A stretch of DNA of 64,000 nt. Origin: Mobula hypostoma. Taxonomy: Eukaryota. Of the stretch, positions 62,534-64,000 are shown one piece after another. How positions within the stretch are numbered: position 1 is the first letter of the stretch; the number at the start of each line of letters is the position of its first letter. Under the pieces are notes generated by a model. The model worked only from the letters and a program-made list of their open reading frames with translations. It had not been told where the DNA came from and searched no databases. Where the stretch lies: positions 112,284,001 through 112,348,000 of the forward strand of contig NC_086108.1 of NCBI RefSeq assembly GCF_963921235.1, read 5' to 3'. A program made the position numbers and the translations under genes.

Positions 62534-63354
62534 CCAAATTTCACTGTATGTTTCGATGTTTAGATGTACATGTGACAAATAAAGCTAATCTTCTCTTATT
62601 CTCTTCTCTATATAAGACGACACTTCAAGTTCAAGTTAAAGTTCAAGCTTATTGTCATCCCACTGTACATATATACAACCAAACGAAACAGTGTTCCTCT
62701 GGACCACAATGCACCTGCGAAACATATATTGCACACAGCACATAAAACAAAAAATTTCCATAACTAAGTTAATAAAATATCATTATAGTTCATATATTCA
62801 TATACTTATCACAGGAAAGCAGCATCCAACATCAGGGACCTACCTCCACTACCCAGGCCATTCTCCCTTCTTGCTGCTGTCATCAGGAAGGAAGTACAGG
62901 AGCCTCAGGACACATACCACCAGGTGCAGGAACAGTCATTACCACTCAACCATCAGGTTTTTGAACCAGAGGGGATAACTTCACTCAACTTCACTTGTCC
63001 CATCACTGAACTGTTCCCACAACCTATGGACTCACTTTCAAAGATTCTTCAATTCATGTTCTCAACATTAACTAATTATTTGTGTTTTATTATTAATAGT
63101 AGTATACTTTTTATATTTGCACTGTTTTTTGGTTTTTATATTGCACAATGGTTGTTTATCCATCCTGTTGGGTGCAGTCTTCCACTGATCCTATTGTGTT
63201 TCTTGTATTTACTGAGAGTGCCTGAAAGGAAGTGAATCTCAGGGTTGTATATGGTGATAAGTTTACTTTGCACTTTGAAAACTCATTAGAGACAGCTCTC
63301 ACACACTTCTAACAGTGATCAGACCATGCTTAAACTAGCATAGTGTTTCTATTT

Positions 63355-63525
63355 TGAGAACAACACACACAAGTGGGAACTCAGCAGGTCAGTCTGCAAA
63401 TATCGAGTGATATAAACAGTCGACAATTCGCACCGAGACCAAGAATGAGGATTGATGAAAGGTCTTGGCCCAAAACGTCATCTGTTTGCTCTTTTACATA
63501 GATACAGCATCTGCAGAATCTCTAG
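63355..63525. mobile_element. Degenerate palindromic PLE-terminus element
   Basis: AACTCAGCAGG..CAGTCGAC arm; TTGATGAAAGGTCTTGGCCCAAAACGTC ribozyme-like remnant; CAGCATCTGCAGAATCTCT end. Confidence 0.6.
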
Positions 63526-64000
63526 TTCCTCTGATTGGCTGGACCACTGTCAGGCCCTGATGATCGACAATTGTTTTGCAGGTCGGCCACAGACAACAGA
63601 GGTCTATTTGGTATCGTATAGAACTGACTTCCACTGAGAGGTGTCTCCAACAAGAATATCTAACTAACACCCTGTTGGATCCTGATCCAGTTGCTATCAA
63701 AGGTTTTTTCAGAAATCAAGATTGAGGCATAAAACTTGTTGTTGCTTTACTAAGTAGTTCAAGAGCAAGGGTGGGTCATCGAGAGAAGCAAAGAAAAGAG
63801 AAGACTAAAAAGTAGATGTGGTCTTCTCATACCAGACTAGAGATAACAGAAATTCAATTGATAACAGTTAACTCATAAAGTAGCCATATTTGAGTAATGT
63901 GACACCCACAACTGAAATAAAGACATTTACAGACGAATGTAAAATACAGGCTATTCTATAGAACGCCCACAAGAAAATGAATCTTAGGATTGTATATGGT

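Noticed and set aside
24200..64000. Exons of syntenic neighbours (C1orf52, BCL10 in human)
   Set aside because: No ORF or exon with recognisable similarity found by eye; small exons cannot be excluded without spliced alignment.

Overview
Eukaryotic (vertebrate) genomic DNA. The repeat repertoire (CR1 and Rex1/Babar LINEs, V-domain HE1-like SINEs, Penelope-like elements) points to a cartilaginous fish, probably a ray; this is an inference. One host gene is recognisable: the GC-rich first coding exon of SYDE2 (Rho-GAP) on the minus strand (ATG 23765, GT donor after 22640), inside a CpG-island promoter. Bases 1-22639 are therefore most likely intron 1, and 24.1-64 kb is upstream intergenic DNA. 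Almost everything else is nested, decayed transposable elements: a Gypsy LTR retrotransposon with PNMA-like gag and a tRNA-Pro PBS (2487-8204), many CR1 and Rex1 LINE pieces (one young CR1 keeps a 476-aa RT ORF), two Tc1 relics, two nested hAT-type elements and several SINEs. The most interesting signal is a recurring set of Penelope-like (GIY-YIG) insertions with 11-16 bp target-site duplications. Their termini carry minimal hammerhead-ribozyme motifs, and several have folded back into ~170-220 bp palindromes whose apex or junction falls at the ribozyme. No prokaryote-type novel system (CRISPR, operon, etc.) is supported. Repeat boundaries are by-eye estimates unless a TSD or TIR is quoted.
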